This document shows positions 61,313-64,000 of a stretch of DNA of 64,000 nucleotides, piece after piece. Position numbers and translations under genes: made by a program. The stretch is from Utricularia gibba (Eukaryota; Plantae; Magnoliophyta), in NCBI GenBank assembly GCA_002189035.1, contig NEEC01000007.1, forward strand, positions 1,984,001 through 2,048,000, written 5' to 3'. How positions within the stretch are numbered: position 1 is the first letter of the stretch; the number at the start of each line of letters is the position of its first letter. Below the pieces are notes generated by a model. It did not search any database. It saw nothing but the letters and a program-made list of their open reading frames with translations, and had not been told where the DNA came from.

Positions 61313-63666
61313 CTACTCCGTCGGATAACTTCCGAGCACCCGCATAAACGTGGTGAATTCCTGCAAAGATCACTTCTGGTAAGATCACAATGACCTCTTC
61401 TTGCAGGATCTGGCGTAAACTGTACCTTCAAGTTGGCAAGGGCGTTTTGAGCCATTTCATCCGCCATGGATGCTTCAAAGTCGACGTAGAAAATGTACGG
61501 GAAAGAACTGCGCCGGAAGATGAGACTGGTTTTAGGGCAACGTAAAGATCGGAAATCACGGATTTCGAACCAAAAAGCGTCAGATGTGTCGTTGGGAAAA
61601 GGAAAGGTCTACGGAAGACTCAAAATCACACAGAGAAACAGTGTGTAATCCAACAGTGCACAGCAGAATGAGCTTCAGCAACAAGAAGGAAAGAGATCCT
61701 TACCTAGTGAAACCGGCGCCATTACCATCGTATGCTTGCAAAGCCTGCTTCTGCAGTGGACGGCTTTCAATCTACCTCACAAAAGGACCGAAGCGATAGA
61801 GTAGTTGGCCGGTGTACTCAAAGACATAAGCCATGGCTCCAAAAATGGGTGAGCAGACTGCAACATACCTTGGTGAGGTTTATACTTCTCAAAGCAAACG
61901 CAGCAAGAGCTTTAAAGAGCATCCCGGGACCTTCCTCGAGTGAGAAGACAATACTAGTCTGATTTATGATTTTTTGAGACGGAAAACAGAAAGAACTTGT
62001 CAGAGATGAATTCAGAAAAAGTTTCAGTGCTCAGCATGAATGTTTGTTACCTTGAACGGTTTATCGACACCGGGTATGATAGGCTCCCGTGCCAGCATAA
62101 GGAATCGAGTAATGTTATCAGAATCATCCTGAAAAGAAACAGAACAAGGTGTTAAACCATTCTCGAAATTCAATAAAAAGTTCACCAAAAGTTTGCATCC
62201 CACCTGAATATCCTGAGCAAGAATATTCAAGTCATATATCTTAGCAGCTGCTAGACTAGCAACTGCTCCAGCGTCCCTCACGTCATTCAGAGCTATGTAC
62301 TAAAAAATGAGCAGTGAAGGTTAAAATGATATAGCACTTTGGCTCATAAATCAACCCAAAGAAAGTGAGAAGTGTCAGCCGCTTCTCGAAACAAAACGAG
62401 ATTTCAATGACATAAGCAGTAAAACTACCTTTGCAGCACCTGCAGTATCATCTACAGCTTCTCTAACCAAACCAAATTTTGTTAAGGTGTGCTCGCATTG
62501 AGCAAGAGCCTGAAGTGTCAGTGGTTAGAATTGCAAGCCAAACAGAAAAGAATGTTAATGAGATTTTGTAGTTGGCATACCTGTGGATGGCTAAGGACCC
62601 TCTTGAGATCTTCAAGGGGAACGCCATGGTTTGCTAGCAAACAATGCCTAATTGCTACCTTGACTTCTCCAACAATATGCAATCTATGCCGAAGTAAAAG
62701 GTCATAGTTCCTGTGAATGCTGCCACCCAAAGAGTTCTCAATCGGTAAAACCGCTCTGTCCACAATCCACTTTTCAACAGCCTGAGAAGCATGGTTACAT
62801 TATGAGAATGAAATATAAAGCTTAGATCATTTAAGCTTTTGAAGAGATGGGAATGTTCTGGCACCAAGGTAATGAAAAATTTGATTATCTTAAAACAGGT
62901 AATTGTTGCACAGCTTACCTCGAAAGCTGTATCAAATTGTTCACAAGGCACTGGTTCACAATTCGGGTATGCCTTCTCTGCTGCGGACTCGCTGTATGCA
63001 CCTCGAACCCCCTTCAAAAACAGTCCAAAATATTGGCATTTACAGAGACAGGAGCATGCTAAGCTTGATGAACACAAAGTAAGATAATGGAATATGCTTC
63101 ACAAGCTCGTACAAAACAGCACATCTTCAAAAACTTCATTTTCTTTTTACATGGCTCCAACAAGACAGCAAGACATTCAATAGATGTATAAAAATCAAAC
63201 TACTTATCAGTGTGGTTGCTGAAACATATTCCAGGGAGTACAGCTTCATAAAAGGAGCCAACAGAATCCTCAAAATCAAACCTGATAAGCAACTCGGAGA
63301 CGAGGCCCATCTGATGCGGAATTCGACAACTGGGCAGACGTCAGAGGCCCTGAAACATTCAAAAGCGTAGATCATTCAGTTCCCCATCACAAATCCCAAT
63401 TCCAAAACAGTGCCCATAAGCATATCCATACTGGGAAGCGACGAGGGAGAATCTCTCGAGATGAGGTCAATCGAGGAATCCTCCGAGAGTTTCTGCAAGT
63501 CGGTGGCTTCAGGTTTCTGATAATTGCTGTTTTTCCCACCACAGCAGGCATACAGGGGGACAGAACGTGATCCTCTAAGGAAATGAATAGTGAAGATTGG
63601 ACTAGGATTAGAGTTAAGGTTTTGAAAAAGAGGAGGGATTAGGGATCCAGATGCCGCAGCCGCCAT
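61313..63666 (-). CDS. ADT2: Arogenate/prephenate dehydratase, ADT2-like (plastid)
   Basis: Eleven exons, in phase. Transit peptide, [82 protein letters not shown]. Confidence 0.95.
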
Positions 63667-63932
63667 TGTTGGAGGCGCGCGATCAGTTGCAATCGCAATG
63701 TAGAATTTGCGCCAGACTTGTTCGGTAAAATTCCAGTTTCCAAATATGGACTAAAGTGACGCCATCTCACCCGCCGCCACCTAGGTCACGGTCGTCCTCT
63801 TGAACCGCTCCGCGCGCCCTTGCTGCCAGAGACTCAGAGAGTGGGCGACAGTAGCTTTCCAGAGGTAAAATAGGGGAAATTTTATTAGATATTTACGACA
63901 ACCGTGCGGACGACAAGAAGAAAGTTGTACAC

Positions 63933-63957
63933 ATGGGGGGTAGTTCCCTTAGTTGTG
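63933..63957 (+). CDS. Possible first exon of a divergently transcribed gene running off the window
   Basis: ATG GGG GGT AGT TCC CTT AGT TGT G followed by a strong donor GTAAGC at 63958 and a pyrimidine-rich intron-like tail. Confidence 0.3.
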
Positions 63958-64000
63958 GTAAGCTTCTCCTAATCTGCATTTCTTCTCCTGTGTTCTTCGA

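Noticed and set aside
61313-61330. ADT ending SYPTE*, slightly shorter than typical ADT2 tails
   Set aside because: All catalytic and ACT motifs are complete and C-terminal length varies, so this is not enough to call another indel.

Overview
Gene-dense eudicot nuclear DNA; no CRISPR, tRNA or rRNA was seen. I reconstructed 22 protein-coding loci by hand (about one per 2.9 kb, many introns only 65-100 nt, so a compact genome; a miniature Lamiales-type genome is only a guess). In order: two His/Gly-rich micro-protein paralogues, an L-type lectin receptor kinase, AIRP2-like RING E3, plastid CBM20 protein, AUX1/LAX1, TRM7/FtsJ, OCTOPUS-like (DUF740), R2R3-MYB, OTU3, RabA2, an uncharacterised LPxEWTY-ending protein, LUX/BOA, RDUF, an ICMT/PEMT-family protein, MPP6, two SCL14/LISCL GRAS genes, UFL1, a HAD-IIA hydrolase, a TEY MAP kinase and ADT2. 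Four observations stand out. (1) The His/Gly gene pair sits in a circularly permuted duplication (B-A-spacer-A'-B') with coincident breakpoints and GGGTT microhomology, the pattern expected from re-integration of a circular DNA intermediate. (2) A decayed fossil of a TRP/TRFL telomere-repeat-binding gene probably lies at 49.5-50.4 kb. (3) A 10-bp duplication in OTU3 creates a second splice acceptor that carries a stop codon. (4) Four one-base frameshifts (LecRK, GRAS2 twice, MAPK) can each be repaired by adding one G/C to a short G/C run, which looks more like consensus error than pseudogenisation. Family assignments and Arabidopsis locus comparisons are from recall and were not database-checked.
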